64,000 nt of DNA from positions 248,001 through 312,000 of the forward strand of contig JAPETS010000034.1 in NCBI GenBank assembly GCA_026023565.1. The letters run 5' to 3'. Below, one piece after another: positions 1-13,876 of the stretch (position 1 is its first letter; the number at the start of each line of letters is the position of its first letter). The DNA comes from Cirrosporium novae-zelandiae (Eukaryota). Both the position numbers and the translations under genes were made by a program. The notes under the pieces were generated by a model, which saw nothing but the letters and a program-made list of their open reading frames with translations, did not search any database and was not told the origin of the DNA.

Positions 1-1
1 G

Positions 2-1822
2 GAAACGACACAGGCAGAACTCCGAAGACTCATGACCCTTGCTTCTAGGACCTCGGAGCTCGAATCTCAGTTAATGGCATTGGAAAATGAGCAAATGCAA
101 CTGCGCGGAGACCTGGCAACAATGAGAGAGGATAAACACTCAGCAATCCAGCGCTGGAGGAAGGCCGAGAGAACGCTGAATGATCTTAATGATCAGGTAG
201 AAAGAATGGAAAGAGAGTCGAGAGAAGAGCGCGAAAGACATGTGGAGGTGGTGGCACGGTTAGAGCGCATGAGAGGCGTTGAAACAGAACTTAAGGCGTC
301 GGCTGCGGCAAAAGCCAGTACTGCAAGCCTTGGGCGAGCCAAGGGCAATAATCATGTCGTGTCAAGTTTCGTGAAAGACATATTGGAAGACAATGCGAAC
401 TTACAGTTGGGAATTGTCGAGCTCCGGGAGTTGCTAGGCAGGTCAAACGAGGAAGTGCAACAGCTTCGGGAGCAGATGATGATGCACCAATCAATGGATT
501 ATGATTTTGATACACAAAATGGTACTTTGCATGACGAACTGGCTGCACAGATCTCTGACCTCTCAGTCGGACCTCGCCAGCCACCTCCTCAAGAGGTTCG
601 AGTTAATGTTCATCACCATTATCATGCACCTGTGAGAGACCGTGTAGCAAAGCCACCCCATTTGAAAGTACGAAAGCGTCGACATCCAGTTACTCCTAGC
701 GCATTCGCAACTCCCAACTCTCCAAGCCCCCAAACACCTTTGTCCCTCCAGGGCCTTTCAACGGGCTCCACTATCTTATCACAGACCTCTGCCTCTATCC
801 CTCAGTCTCGCTCGAGACATCGTTGGTCTATACGGTCTACAGATACAACTACTACAAGTTCTTCCATACCAAGTTCCCCGCAATCTGCTTATCAAGCCTC
901 TTCCATCTTTGATCGACTCGACAGTTATACCCTTGATTCGTCACGACCTACAAGTCCTGAACCCAGCGAGTGCGACTCACCCATGTTATTTGAGAGGCAT
1001 CCACGTTTACGCTCAAACAGTAGGGGCCAATCTTCGCCTTCTACTCTGCAGAATCGTAAACTCCGCAATCTTCGAAATGTATATTCTCAGGGCAGCATTT
1101 TCCCAGAGGATCAAGACGGCGATGAGAGGTATGACCCGCTGGATCTCGCACCAGTCCACCACACAATCACAGAGGAAGACGAGGAGGATAGTAACGAGCA
1201 TTCCGATAAGGAGGTGCCTGATATGAAGGAAAAGGACAATGACGATCTCTTCGAGAGACTTCGTCGGCGTCCCAAACTACGTCGAACCCCTTCTCATGAA
1301 AGCGTGGTTTCGATAACTGGCATGGACGTTCATATTCTTCAGGACTGGCCACCATATGCTGTATTTGCCCGCCCCTTCCCCGGAATGAGACCTCCCTTTG
1401 GAATCGGATTACCAACACCTAAATTCCCACAGGCACCGAGTAAACCCGTTTTGACAGCCACAGCCGCTTTGGCCCAGCCTATCAGGCATGTCTCCAGAGG
1501 CAGCTTTGAGCAACCAAAATCCATGCTGTCCAGCACTAGCGGTCCTTCAGGCAGTGGCAGCAACATCAACACCCCGAACGATCGCTCCGCACTAGGCAAA
1601 CGCGTCGGCGAATGGGTATTTGGGAAATGGGGTATCGCACCCAAGGTCTCAACCAATCTGCGCCCGCCTCCACGCCGCCATCCACATCCTCCACATCCGC
1701 GTCCCGCAGGCGTCAATCAGCCAGGAGCAATCATAGGACTAAGACCTCCGCTCAGAGCGCCTAGCAACGTGCATGCTAAGTTTTTAAATCATGATCTTTT
1801 GAAGGAGAGTCTTAGAGAATGA
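2..1822 (+). CDS. Hypothetical coiled-coil protein, 5' end outside the window
   Basis: Frame open from base 2 to TGA at 1822. Heptad-like E/L/R-rich N-terminal part followed by a long S/P-rich low-complexity region. Confidence 0.8.
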   Translation, partial: ETTQAELRRLMTLASRTSELESQLMALENEQMQLRGDLATMREDKHSAIQRWRKAERTLNDLNDQVERMERESREERERHVEVVARLERMRGVETELKASAAAKASTASLGRAKGNNHVVSSFVKDILEDNANLQLGIVELRELLGRSNEEVQQLREQMMMHQSMDYDFDTQNGTLHDELAAQISDLSVGPRQPPPQEVRVNVHHHYHAPVRDRVAKPPHLKVRKRRHPVTPSAFATPNSPSPQTPLSLQGLSTGSTILSQTSASIPQSRSRHRWSIRSTDTTTTSSSIPSSPQSAYQASSIFDRLDSYTLDSSRPTSPEPSECDSPMLFERHPRLRSNSRGQSSPSTLQNRKLRNLRNVYSQGSIFPEDQDGDERYDPLDLAPVHHTITEEDEEDSNEHSDKEVPDMKEKDNDDLFERLRRRPKLRRTPSHESVVSITGMDVHILQDWPPYAVFARPFPGMRPPFGIGLPTPKFPQAPSKPVLTATAALAQPIRHVSRGSFEQPKSMLSSTSGPSGSGSNINTPNDRSALGKRVGEWVFGKWGIAPKVSTNLRPPPRRHPHPPHPRPAGVNQPGAIIGLRPPLRAPSNVHAKFLNHDLLKESLRE

Positions 1823-2744
1823 ATGAATAAAAAAGAAATAAAAAAGAAATAAATATGCATCGTGTCTGTGTGTGGGGGGGGCATGAGCGAGAAGAGGCTC
1901 GTTTGGAAAATGGAAATTCTACCCCCATAGCCAGTCACGCAAGCCGCATTTTTTTCGTGTAGCACGATTGATACCCTCTACCTAATATAATATTACTTTA
2001 TCCTTTCCATATCATGTACAAATATGCTGCTGTCTTTTCCTGTTTTTTTTTTTCCTTTTTTTGAAAATGATTTTATTTTGGAATATGGGTTTGGTTAGGT
2101 TTGGTGGGGGTAAATGGGTAAGGTTGGTTGGGTCGGGTCTTGAAACAAAAACTCTCTCCGCTCAATCGGAAAATATATTGGGGAATTGGAGTTTTGTTGG
2201 GTTATAGGGAATGGGAATTGTGTAGGGGAGGGGGGTGCATGATTTGATTGGACTGATAATGTAAATAAGTTAAAACAAAGTATATATATAATTTGAATGG
2301 AGGTGAAGAAGATGTGGATGTGGGGTTGAAAGATTGAAAAAATGGAAAAAATTGTTAATTTGGGGTTGCAACAGTTGATTTGGTTACTATGGTAATAGTG
2401 TGTGCATTTTTATAGGTCCGATTGAGTAAAGTCTTGCTAGTCTAGTCTGGAGGATTGACATACAGTAGAGCTTGGGGATTGGTAGGTGTTGAGTTTTTAA
2501 AAATTTGAAGTAATTATAATAAGAACGTAGATGTGTGATAGAGATCTCCTAACTAATAAACTAGCCAGCCAACAAATACAATTATGCCATACTATAGTTA
2601 TCTACACCTCTCACAATATTGCTATTAGCATTGTAAAGCCCCCCATCAGAAGATCTAGATCTTCTTATCTTCCCCACGGAGATTAAGCACAGGCGTAGCT
2701 GTAATCGCAGTCAATAATATCCGTGTGGAGGAAGTCGCGGGAGA

Positions 2745-3201
2745 TCATTCTTGGGAGCAACAGTGGTGAGGGAGGTGATGAGGGGTGATGGTGTCGGGAT
2801 TGAGACTGAGATCGCTCATCTTGGAGCATGTGAGGATGCACCACAACACCATCCCCTCGCACGCCCAAAGCCCCATTCCAAAAAATTTCCACTTGCTATC
2901 CGGGAGCCCTTCCGCAAGCGCCGCCACCACATCTTCTCTTCCCGCAGCAACCCCCCACAGCTCACCGTGGATGTTGTTATCAATATGCGTGAACACGCCA
3001 ACGTAATATGCAGTTTGGATTATTTCGGGAGCGCTGGAGGAGGTTGGTAGGCGGTTACCGTTGGAAATGATGCGGAGCTGTTTGAAGGGGCTGGATGCGA
3101 TGGGGAGGTAGGCGTGGGTTGCGAAATCGGTGGTGTCGAGGATTAGGACGGTGTCCGGGGAGTTGGGGGTCGGCGATGTTTGGAACGGCGATTCGGAGCA
3201 T
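2745..3201 (-). pseudogene. Candidate small gene (~151 aa) interrupted by a single extra base; pseudogene or homopolymer error
   Basis: ATG at 3201 in CAAAG-ATG context with a TATATAT about 65 nt upstream. MLRIAVPNIADP joins the long open frame NSPDTVLILDTT...CCSQE* only if one base is removed, e.g. from the G5 run at 3165-3169 (span 457 nt = 3n+1). Confidence 0.35.
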
Positions 3202-4465
3202 CTTTGGATGATTCTTATTGGGTTTGTAATGTATTGATTGGGGGGGATAGATGTTTGAGGGAAATATATATGGAGGTTTGGTTAGGAAGAGTGTTCAGGG
3301 GGTTCGGGAAAAAAAAAAAAAAGGACGTAGTTGTCGTCGGAGGCTTCACTTGCTGTCGTGTAGAAGTTATGAGAGCCTTATCTCATATGAATATTTAGTG
3401 TGAACGATGTGGTAAAGGCAATATGTTTGTGAATAAGCACATGTGGACATATATATAAACAGCATAACAAGGGCTTCGTGGATACAGGGATTCAATGACA
3501 ACTTTAGTCGAGTCTTAGGAAACGGTGAAATGAGGATCTTAGGTTAAATATCTGGAACTTTATGCCTAAGTGTTATGCTTATTATAAATGGGAGAAAGAC
3601 GGAACGTGTAGCTGTAAATAAGGCTTTGGCCCAATACCACCTCACAGAATCAGGCAATTCCAATGCAGGCGGTTGAACAAACAAGTTGGCAAGGGCAGTG
3701 CAACTCCCTAAGTAGGCCAGTCCCATGACTTTATCGAAGTTGCCATAAAAGAACTTTCACAGGATCAAAGAACAGGCCAGAGGCCATCTTGCCTATTTAC
3801 TATGAAGAGGTGGTTTAATTGATGAGTAGACTACTAGTAGGGTGGAAGTAATCGATAGTGATATAATTCTGTCGAGTCCTGAGGTTGAATGAAGCTTCTA
3901 AGGTGTAACTTTGGGAATAAGACAGTGGCTAGTCTACATCTCATTCCTTGGTTTGAATCCTTCGGTGACACTCTCATACCCCAACTAATGAATGTTACAT
4001 GAATGACAGATCATCACCATATCTCGTGATAGCGCGCACTGTACCTTTGACTACAACCGTTACTTACCCGTACGTTGCCGCTTATCCCATTGCCCTCTTT
4101 TCTAGATTGAGACTGTGTAACTAACAGCTGTTGGGTTACAATGCCGTTACACTAAAGAGTCTCTAATGAAACTTTCTATCAGGCTATGGGCCCTTTAGCA
4201 ATAATCTTGCTCTATGATCGGATAAAAGTTGCCGTGAATTGATATTTCGGTGCGGGGAATGGAAGGAAGCCTGGCCGCTCCGCGCTGGGTAACTGTTCCT
4301 TCAATCATGAGAATAATGATTTCCATTTTGGGTCCCACAATCGAAGCTGAGAGCCGGGCATCGAATCCTTGTTGGCCAGGCTTAAGTATTAACAGTTGGA
4401 CGTGGTTCCTCGACTTGAAAAAGGTATCGACTTCTTAAATTCCTCTGAGAATAATTCTTACCAAG

Positions 4466-6431
4466 ATGCTGGTTGAATTAGCATTTCTACTTTTTGCGGC
4501 AGCTTCTGCATTCGCCGTGCCTAATGCAACTGTCTTGAATGGAACCTGTGAGTATCGCTGGTTGACCTAGAACTGGAGGTCTTAGACTGACCATTTTTCA
4601 AAAGATACAGGAGTTTCTCTGCCGCAACTTTCTCAAGAAATATTCCTAGGAATTCCTTTTGCCTCTGCTCCTAGGTTGGATTTAGCACAATCCTTGAATG
4701 AGACATGGAATGGGACTAGAAATGCTACGACCTATGGTCTGGTCTGTGCTGGGTTCGGCACAAATCCGAGAGAGAATTGGTATTTAGCATATCACTAAGA
4801 TACTTTACACAATAGCCGTTGATGTAATGCAGGCCAATAGGGGAGGATTGTTTGAACTTGAACATTGCTCGCCCCGAGGGGACCCACCCAGGATTTAAAC
4901 TCCCAGTTCTTGTCTGGATTTATGGTGAGATATTCAGAAATAGAGCTAGGTTTGAAGAAAAATGCATTGGCTAATCAAGACCTGCAGGAGGGGGGTTTCG
5001 GCAGGGTGCTAACCGCGATCCAGAGTTTAATATCTCTTATATGGTTCAAACAAGCATTGAGATCGGACATCCCCTTGTAGTTGTTGCCATTAATTATCGA
5101 TTAAGTGGCTTTGGATTTCTCACCTCTAACAAAATGCAGTTGAACGGACTTACGAACATCGGTCTACGGGATCAATGGAAGGCCCTTGAGTGGATTAATG
5201 AGAACATTGGTGCATTTGGGGGCGACAAGGACCGCGTTACAATCTGGGGTGAATCTGCTGGAGCCATGTCTGTTGCTTCTTTGAGTGAAGCATATGGAGG
5301 CGACAATAAGGGTCTTTGGAGGGGTGGTATCATGGCTAGTGGTAGCTTCATCTACCCTTACTCAACCCTAACTGCTCAGCAAACCCTCTATGACAATGTC
5401 ACGAAGGAGTTAGATTGTTATTATGCAATTGATAGCCTGCAATGTCTACGAAACACATCGTTTGAAAAATTGAATGCTACATTCTATGCTTTGGACGAAG
5501 GTCAAGGTATTTAAGTCTACCCGCAATCCCCCCCATTCCCACTTTGCTCATTGCTGATCATTGATATTCGCAGATTTTACTCCCTATGTCGATGGGGAGT
5601 TTATCGTTAATGGCCCACTTTACAATTTTGGTTCGGTTATATCCTTCCTAAGCTTTCATACCAAGCTAACATTCCACTCTAGCGAACAAGAAGGTTGCTC
5701 CTATCAATTTTATTACCGGCTGTAACTCTGATGAAGGACTTATTTTTACGGGAGTTGCTCCCAATACAAGCATAGAAGTATCGACGTTCTTACAATCCTA
5801 CTTCGACATTGATAATGCTACGGCTTACGAGATGATGTCTGTCTATCCCCTTGATGGACCCCTGCCACCTTACTCCGTGTCATCCTCGATTGACTGGGTC
5901 AATCTGACCGCTGCCGTAGGCGTTTATACTGGCACTCAAACTCGTCGGCTGTACGGGATCTTTGGCGATTATGAATTCCATGTTGGTCGGAGGATGACAG
6001 CATCATCTTGGAATTCAATCACTGGGAAGCATGCATACTCTTACCGGTTCGATACAGATGTTACTCGTTTTCCCTTGGTAGTTACTCCCGGCTTGGGGGT
6101 TGGATTCTCAGAGCACGGTGCTGAGCTGAGCTTTGAATTTCGTTTGCCCTATGTTTCGCCAACTCCATACCCACCGTTGCCTAACATTACTTCCATGCAG
6201 AGGGAAAGCTATGCAATGCAAGCATGCTGGGCGTCTTTTGCCGCTACCGGCAGCCCGAATAATCATGGCCTGTCTTGGATACCTTATTGGCCTGCATATG
6301 ATGAGAGTCCTAGCAATTTTGTATTCAATGCCACGATCAACGACACACTTAATTTACATATTGAGGATGATAATTACAGGGTAAAGCAACTCAAGTGGTG
6401 GGATGAGCATCTGAGGATGTGGACTTTTTAA
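4466..6431 (+). CDS. Secreted type-B carboxylesterase/lipase (multi-exon)
   Basis: Signal peptide [17 protein letters not shown], then EDCLNLNI, oxyanion region WIYGGGF, nucleophile GESAG, acid NSDEG and His in SEHGAEL; five GT-AG introns restore the frame. Confidence 0.93.
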
Positions 6432-6976
6432 AGCTCCATGGGACACTTTGCGCAATAACAATGGTAGTTTATTAATCTATGGGACTAAACGGTCATATTT
6501 GTTTGTAATTATTTTACGAAAATCGCAAATATACATCCCCCGTGCGTCGAGCTAGTATATAATATTGACGACTGACATTAATTATTTTTGTTATTTAGTC
6601 TATCGCTCCTTGAACACGGAATTGATTCTCTTAGGGCCGGTTCATCGGCATTTTTCACTCCGTGTATGCTTGGTATACTTCATGTCGACCTGAGCACAAT
6701 AAAATACATGCTGTAATTATTTTCAGCCAACGCTATCCAATCACAATGGTTAGAACTTGCGAAGTTTAAGCTTATTGGAGGTCTGAGGCAAAAATTTGGT
6801 AGAGGCATCCAGTAATAATGATTGCGTTAAGTTATCTTCCAATAGAATAATTTATGTAATACCAGCCTTCTATTTTAGTGTCTTGGTATATTTCAAGGGT
6901 TCAGATAACTAATCCACATATCTCAACAACAACTGTGACAAGCTTGAACACTCCAATACCTAGATCAGCATTGATC

Positions 6977-9900
6977 ATGAACAGCACATCAGATCCCGAA
7001 ATCCACCAGCTCATGTCTCAGATGGAACTAGCCATGGCAGCCTTACAGCTCAGCCCAACCCCACAGCTGGTCCTAACATCAGCTAAGACCGTTTGGATGG
7101 TGAATGAAGCAATGGCGAGGTTACTTAGGTTTGGATCATCTAATATAACCAAAGACATTCCCAGTGGCGAAAATGATGCAAATAGTGATGATTATACGAA
7201 CACATGCCGTGGAAAGTCTTTCTTTGAGATGGGAATCGACTTGTCGCAAAATGGACAGACATCGTGGTTGAGCTGGGCCGATTTTTTCGAGAGTCTGGAC
7301 AGGGAAATAAAATTAGAAATTGCCCAGACTTCAAGATATTGCTCTAGCCCCCTCAAAAGAATCACCAAAATACGTCAAATTGTCCCTGCAGTTGCGGTGG
7401 ACATCACTGTCTCGAGAGATCGGTCTACCACTAGCAATATTAAACACATAACATCCTCCGGATATCGTGAACCGGTAACCATGGCAATATCAGAGTGGAG
7501 TCTGGAGCATAAAACATATTTCACACTTTCATTCACTCCATCTCCTTTAGTCCTATTTAATCACATTCCTTCGCAACATATGGAAGCCTTGAATATATCA
7601 CTTGTTTCCTCCACATCAAAGCTTGATATAAGCGATCCTACGTCTTTTGCATGTGATAAAAATTCCTACCAGGAACCAGAATCCCTATCAGCTGCAGCCC
7701 GTTCAAGCTCCAGGGCACTCCTATTCCCAGCTCAAACTGAAAAGAAAACCAGGGCCGGTGAAAACTGTGCAGTCTCTCTGAGGATAGCACAGATAATAGA
7801 TGCCGCACTGAACGCTTCAGATTCTCCCATCTTGGCTCTAAGGCAGGATGGGAGTTTCATTACTGCAAATAGACCTGCAAAAGAGCTGATGGTCGCCCCA
7901 TTTGACCCCATATCTAGACCGGATCAACGTTTTGAAGATTGCTTCGAATGCTTGGATGACTCTGACTTCGAAAGCATAATTTCAGTTGATGACTTCCCTA
8001 TTTATGAACTATGTTACAATGGCAAACCCTTTCGAGACTGGAAAATTGGGATTATACATCCCAAAAGCCAGAAAAGATTGAGTTTCAACGTCGTCGGAAA
8101 ATGCGTTTATGATGTAACTGGAGAACTCCTTGCCGCAATTGTGATACTAAGAGATAGAACTATTTATATGGAGGAGAAGGAGCGGCAATTTCAACTGTTA
8201 TGTGGAACTATGCCACAGGTAAGTGCATCTTAGACTGGTCCGCAAGTCTTAGTCTAGCATGAGAGTTTCCCTGTTCTTATAATTGATCGTGTCTTCTAGA
8301 TGGTTTGGACCAGTCAACCCGATGGCCAATACGACTACTTCTCGCCACGATGGTGTGAATCTACGGGTCTTAGCTTGGATGAAACTCTTAAGCTGCGTTG
8401 GAACTTGCCATTCCATGAAACTGATATGTAACATTCCTATCCTTAAATATAACAACCATTCCTAATTAACTCTCTCTAGGCCCGAGATAATGAAAAGATG
8501 GCAACACTCAATAGCTACAGGGGAAGGATTCAATATGGAGTATCGATGTAGGCGGCATGATGGCGCCTGGCGTTGGATGCTTGGTCAGTCTTTGCCATAT
8601 AGAGATCGCAAGACCGGTCAGATAATAAAATGGTTCGTTAGAAATGTCAATGTTTCGAGCCCATCTGCTAATATTGCTTCCGTAGGTTTGGTACAAGTAC
8701 GGCTCCAAGAAAATTGGAATTTAATCATTTAGTGTTTGCAATAAGCTAGTAGTATTGGAGCGGTAAATACTAACGATTTTCTAGGTACAGATATTCATGA
8801 TCTTGTGGAAGCGAGAACCACAGCAAAAAGGGTGCGCGAACAACTTGTTACCGTGATTAAGCATTCCCAAGTCACTCTATGGGTCACAGATCGATATCGG
8901 AAGTTGACCTTTTTGGAGGGCAAAGACCCTTGGAATGAAGAGGACTATTCTTCTAGTGGCTTAGGTAAAGATGTCGTCGAGGTTCTTGGAAAACATGCTA
9001 TAATCGAGGACCTTTCTCGCTATACGGAATCCATAGACGGAATTTTGAATGGGACTACATCCATGGAGATCTTCGAGCACCATGTTAGCGATACTAACCG
9101 CTGGTACCGTACACGCTTCGTCCCAATTCTTGAAAAAAAAGGAGACACGGGTGCGATGAACGACAAAGTTATTGATGGAATTATTGGTATTTCAATGGAC
9201 GTGACAGATCTAAGGAGACAAGAACAAGAGAATGTCGCACTGATGGCGAATGAAACGGCGGCTATAGAGGCTAATCAGTTAAAAAGCCAGTTTTTGGCGA
9301 ACACGAGTCATGAGATTAGGACTCCTATATCTGGCGTTATTGGGATGGCTGATCTACTTGTTGATACCACACTGACCGAGGATCAGCACGAGCTAGTCGA
9401 AAACATCCAGTTATCCGCAAGCTCGCTTTTAACCGTCATCAACGATATCCTGGATTTCTCAAAGGTTGAAGCTGGCAAACTAGAACTGGAGAATGTGCCC
9501 TTTAGGCTTCCAGTTGTCGTTGATGCCGTTGTTAGAATGTTATCATTCGCTGCTCGACGAAAGGGCCTTGAGTTTCTGAGCCATGTGAAGTTGGAAAACT
9601 GCCCGGAACTGTTGGGTGATCCTGGCAGAATTCGTCAAATACTGACAAATATTATAACTAACGGTATTAAGTTTACCACTAAAGGTCATGTTGAACTGGC
9701 TGTAAGAATACAAAACGAGACCGATGAGACTTGCGAAGTCAGCTTTACCGTCAGAGATACTGGGATTGGAATTGGTGACGAGGTTAAGAAGCAGTTATTC
9801 TTACCATTTAGCCAAGCCGATGCTAGCACAGCCAGAAGATACGGAGGCACTGGCCTTGGCCTAGCAATATGTAAAAGCGTATGAATTTTCCAATGTTCCT

Positions 9901-10767
9901 GATGAGAGCTGGCTTATGCTTACTTTAAAAGTTGTTGGATCTGATGAAAGGGGATATCGAATACTCGTCGAGTATTGGAATAGGTACAAGAGCTACCTTC
10001 TGGATCCCTTTCAATAAAATACAGGACTCGACCAAAGGGAAATTTTTGGGTGCCGCAGCCCCTTCCGAAAGGTTGCAATTGGAGCCATCTCTTCTTGCTC
10101 TTCCGATTGAGCATGGTGTGTCCCTTGGGGAAATTTCTCACCGCAGAAACCCGCTTGGAAGTGCAGATAGAAACCTTGTAGTTTCGTCATCTGAATCCTC
10201 TCTGGCTGCTAATTACCCATTAGTGCTGACGGCCTCAGAACGCAGCCAGATACAGGTTCTGGTGGTTGAAGATAAGTTCGTGGTACTTAGTTTCTCGTGT
10301 GATGTACGCTAACAATGCTAGTGCCATAAATCAAAAAATTGCCCGCAGAACTATCGAGAAATTGGGGTTCCCAGTAGAGACCGTGTGGAATGGCCAAGAA
10401 GCACTGGACTACCTTCTAAACCTTTCTCCGTCTTCACCCAAACTTAACATAATTCTAATGGATGTTGGTTGCTCTCTAGCTTTTTTTTATTAAAGTAACT
10501 GCTAAATTCTTGTGGTAGGTCCAGATGCCTGTCCTGAATGGTTATGATACCACCCATACTCTCCGTTTAAAACCTCCTTATAGCACCCGCGCTGACTTGC
10601 AAGCCATTCCCATAATTGCACTGACAGCATCCGCCATCCAGGGAGATCGGGAGAAGTGCATAGCTGCTGGGATGGATGACTATCTCACCAAACCTGTCAA
10701 GTCACCTATCTTGGAAAAAATGTTGGTCAAGTGGGGTGTTGAGGTTAGAAAGCGATCAATTGGCTAG
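6977..10767 (+). CDS. Hybrid sensor histidine kinase (PAS/PAC-HisKA-HATPase-REC), resembles fungal group V HHK
   Basis: PAS/PAC ([25 protein letters not shown]), H-box [13 protein letters not shown]-box [11 protein letters not shown]1 DTGIGI, G2 GGTGLGL, receiver VLVVED...ILMDVQMP...DDYLTKP; several introns. Confidence 0.93.
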
Positions 10768-11160
10768 AAAGATGCACCGGCGGAACCAATGCTCACGGAG
10801 ATATATAACGGTAGAGTGGATAACCTTTGACATGTAATAGTATTGTATTGACACAAATAGTTGCGTTAATTGCGCTGTTGACTGCAGCTGTCTAACAACG
10901 TAATTATCCCGGAATGACGTAATTAAGTACTTCGGCACGTGTCTAGTTCCGTACTATTCAAGTAGGCACGCACGTGGTACGCTAGGATTAGGGTTGGTGG
11001 AACACATTATTAATTATAATTAGTTAGTTTGCACTGTTTGTCGACTTTGTCGACTTTGTTTTCAAGTGAGGCTTCGGGGGTTTGTATAGTGGGGTTAAAG
11101 GGTGTGAAGAGTCCTCACGCTTACAATCATGCCTCTTAAACTCTTTAGCGTTCTATTACC

Positions 11161-12703
11161 ATGTCGGCAGCACGCCTCGGAGCTTTCATTGAGCTTAAGA
11201 GCATCCCCAAAATTACGAATCCTACAGCTGTCATTCGTCGAGACACTTCAGGACTTCCAGCATCTCCTCCTCAAGATCAATTGGATGAAATACAATGGGG
11301 AGAACGCCTCAATGGACCGGAGATATCGCCCACTACTCCTAGGAGTCCTAGAACCTTGAGTGAGCTAGAGATGAGCTCTCCAGGGACGACTTGTCCAGGT
11401 CGTGCGTCTGAAATCGTCCAGAGTATCTCGAACCCTCCAATGAATAAATGGAGATTCCAAGCTTCTTGTCTCATGAGCTTGGCCAATGGTCTCAACGACG
11501 GCGCCACTGGTTCATTAATCCCCTACATGGAAAGGTATTACAGCATTGGTTACGCCGTCGTCTCCCTCATATTTGTGGCCCAGGCAATTGGGTTTATTGT
11601 TGCTGCACCAATCACCTCGACCATCGAAATGCGTATCGGGAGGGCCAAGTCATTCATGCTCGCCGAAGTCTCGATGTGCTTGGCATATATTATCATTTTG
11701 TGCACTCCACCGTTCCCCGTCACTGTTGTTGGCTATTTCTTAGTCGGGTTTGGGCTCGCCGTCAATCTAGCTTTGAATAACGTCTTTTGCGCTAACCTCG
11801 CAAAGAACACGATAACATTAGGGGCATTGCATGGTTTTTATGGCGTTGGAGGTAGATCTTTGACCAACCTTTAGTGCCCTTAATTTACTAATATATCAAA
11901 TAGGAACCATCGGGCCCCTAATAGGCACTTCACTGGTCTCTCACGGCGCCCGTTGGTCCTACTTCTTCGCCATCCCTCTCGGTCTAACCGCAACAAACGT
12001 CTTGCTCGCCGGCTGGACATTCTGGAATTTTGAAAAAGACATATCATCGGATCCCCAAGCCTCATCCGCCGAGCTTATCCCCGCCCATCCAGAAACGACA
12101 CAAGAAGAGCCAACAAAGACCCAGCTAGTCAAACAGGCCATTAAAAACCAAGTCACCCTCCTCGGCTCCCTATTCATATTCGCCTACCAGGGAGCCGAAG
12201 TCTCCATCAGCGGCTGGGTCATCACCTTCCTCATCAACTACCGCGACGGCGCACCCTCCAAGGTCGGCTACGTGACATCGGGATTCTGGGCCGGGATAAC
12301 CCTAGGCCGCTTCCTCCTATCCCACCCGGTCCAAAAAATTGGCAAAAAACTCGCCATCGTTCTTCTGGTAATCGGCTCCATCGCCTTCGAGCTCGTCGTC
12401 TGGCTGATCCCAAACATCATCGGTGACGCCGTCGCCGTCTCCATCGTCGGGTTGCTCCTCGGCCCCGTCTATCCCTGCTCCGCAGCCGTGTTTACCCAGC
12501 TCCTTCCACGGAATATACAGGTGTCGAGTTTGAGCTTTATATCGGCCATGGGATCGAGCGGTGGGGCCGTGGCTCCCTTTTTTACGGGTATTCTTGCTCA
12601 GACGGTCGGGTCTTTTGTTCTGCATCCTATTGCTATTGGCCTCTTTGTTGTTATGGAGGTTTGCTGGGCTTGCTTGCCGAGGTTGGATAAACGGGATGAG
12701 TGA
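11161..12703 (+). CDS. MFS transporter (fucose permease/Bsc6-like)
   Basis: About 12 hydrophobic helices; motifs GLNDGATGSLIPY and FAYQGAEVSISGW; one intron at ~11852-11903. Confidence 0.9.
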
Positions 12704-13876
12704 TTGATTGATTAATTGATTGATTGATTGATAGAGGGAAATTGTTGAGTAAAGGAGTGAGTTCAACTGGTACAGTTTTCGGGATACATATATTACAGCC
12801 ACTCCCAAGGGAATTAACGAGTAACGATATAAATTTGATAGATCAGAATAAAGATTCTATTTAACCCTCAACTGCATAACGACCCTTGTTTTTATTATAT
12901 CACATACCCACACGCACACATTTTACCATCTCCATCCCCCCCCCCCCCTACACACACATATATATACATATATATATATTAGTATTAAGTCGTTACATTA
13001 CAGATTAGATGTCCCAATCCAATTCAGTCCAAATCCAACCCAATCTAACCAAAAGGGGTAGCTAGCGTAATAACAATACATATATATGTATATTTGGGGG
13101 ATAGTGAATCGTAGTTAGTAGTCATAAGGAACACCAATGAAAACGACAATAAAAAACCTTACTCAAGAAATTCTTTTCTCTTTATTCCATTCCATTATTT
13201 TTTCTAGGGAGGGTCGGTCACATATTTAAAGGGTACCTATGGAATCAATCAATCAAACAATTAATAACAAAATCAAAGTATACAAGCTAAATCCATTTTT
13301 TTTTTTTTCTAAAAAAAAAGGAATATCAAAAGAAAGAAAGGGCAAAACGAAAATATATCCCTAAACGGAAATCAACTTGACAAGTCTTGCTTCCTTTATC
13401 GTGCCATCCCACATTACCTTTAGTAGATACTCATCTGATCCAAGACAATCCCGCACCTCCTTCCGCAAAGCAGATAAACAGCATGACATGCATACGTATC
13501 CGATATATAATCCCTCCTCTCCCCAACTTAGACCAGATCAGATCAGACCAACATACCAATCCTCCATTCCACCATCTCTCCCGCTTGATGGTCATGACAT
13601 GACAGATTAATATTTGGGTAACTGATTGATCAGCTGACTGAGTATGGTCTTCCGGGTGGACACGATGGTAGGGAAGAGAGTTATCTCAGGACCACCTTAC
13701 TTGGGTGTAGTGGCTTTGCTGGTCAGGTTTGAGAGAAGAGAATAAAAATTTAGACTAAAAGAGATGGTGTGGGTTCTTTTTTTGTGGAGGTGGAGGTGGA
13801 GGAGTGGTCAACGTTTAGGTGATATACTTGTTTCGGCAGAAGTCCGAGTAGGTGGTGGAGAAGAGGGAAGAGGAGA

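Noticed and set aside
12700..13100. (TGAT)n, poly-C and (TA)n runs; similar simple repeats at 27285, 30102, 40732 and 63978
   Set aside because: Ordinary microsatellites in UTR or intergenic DNA; no spacer-repeat array structure.
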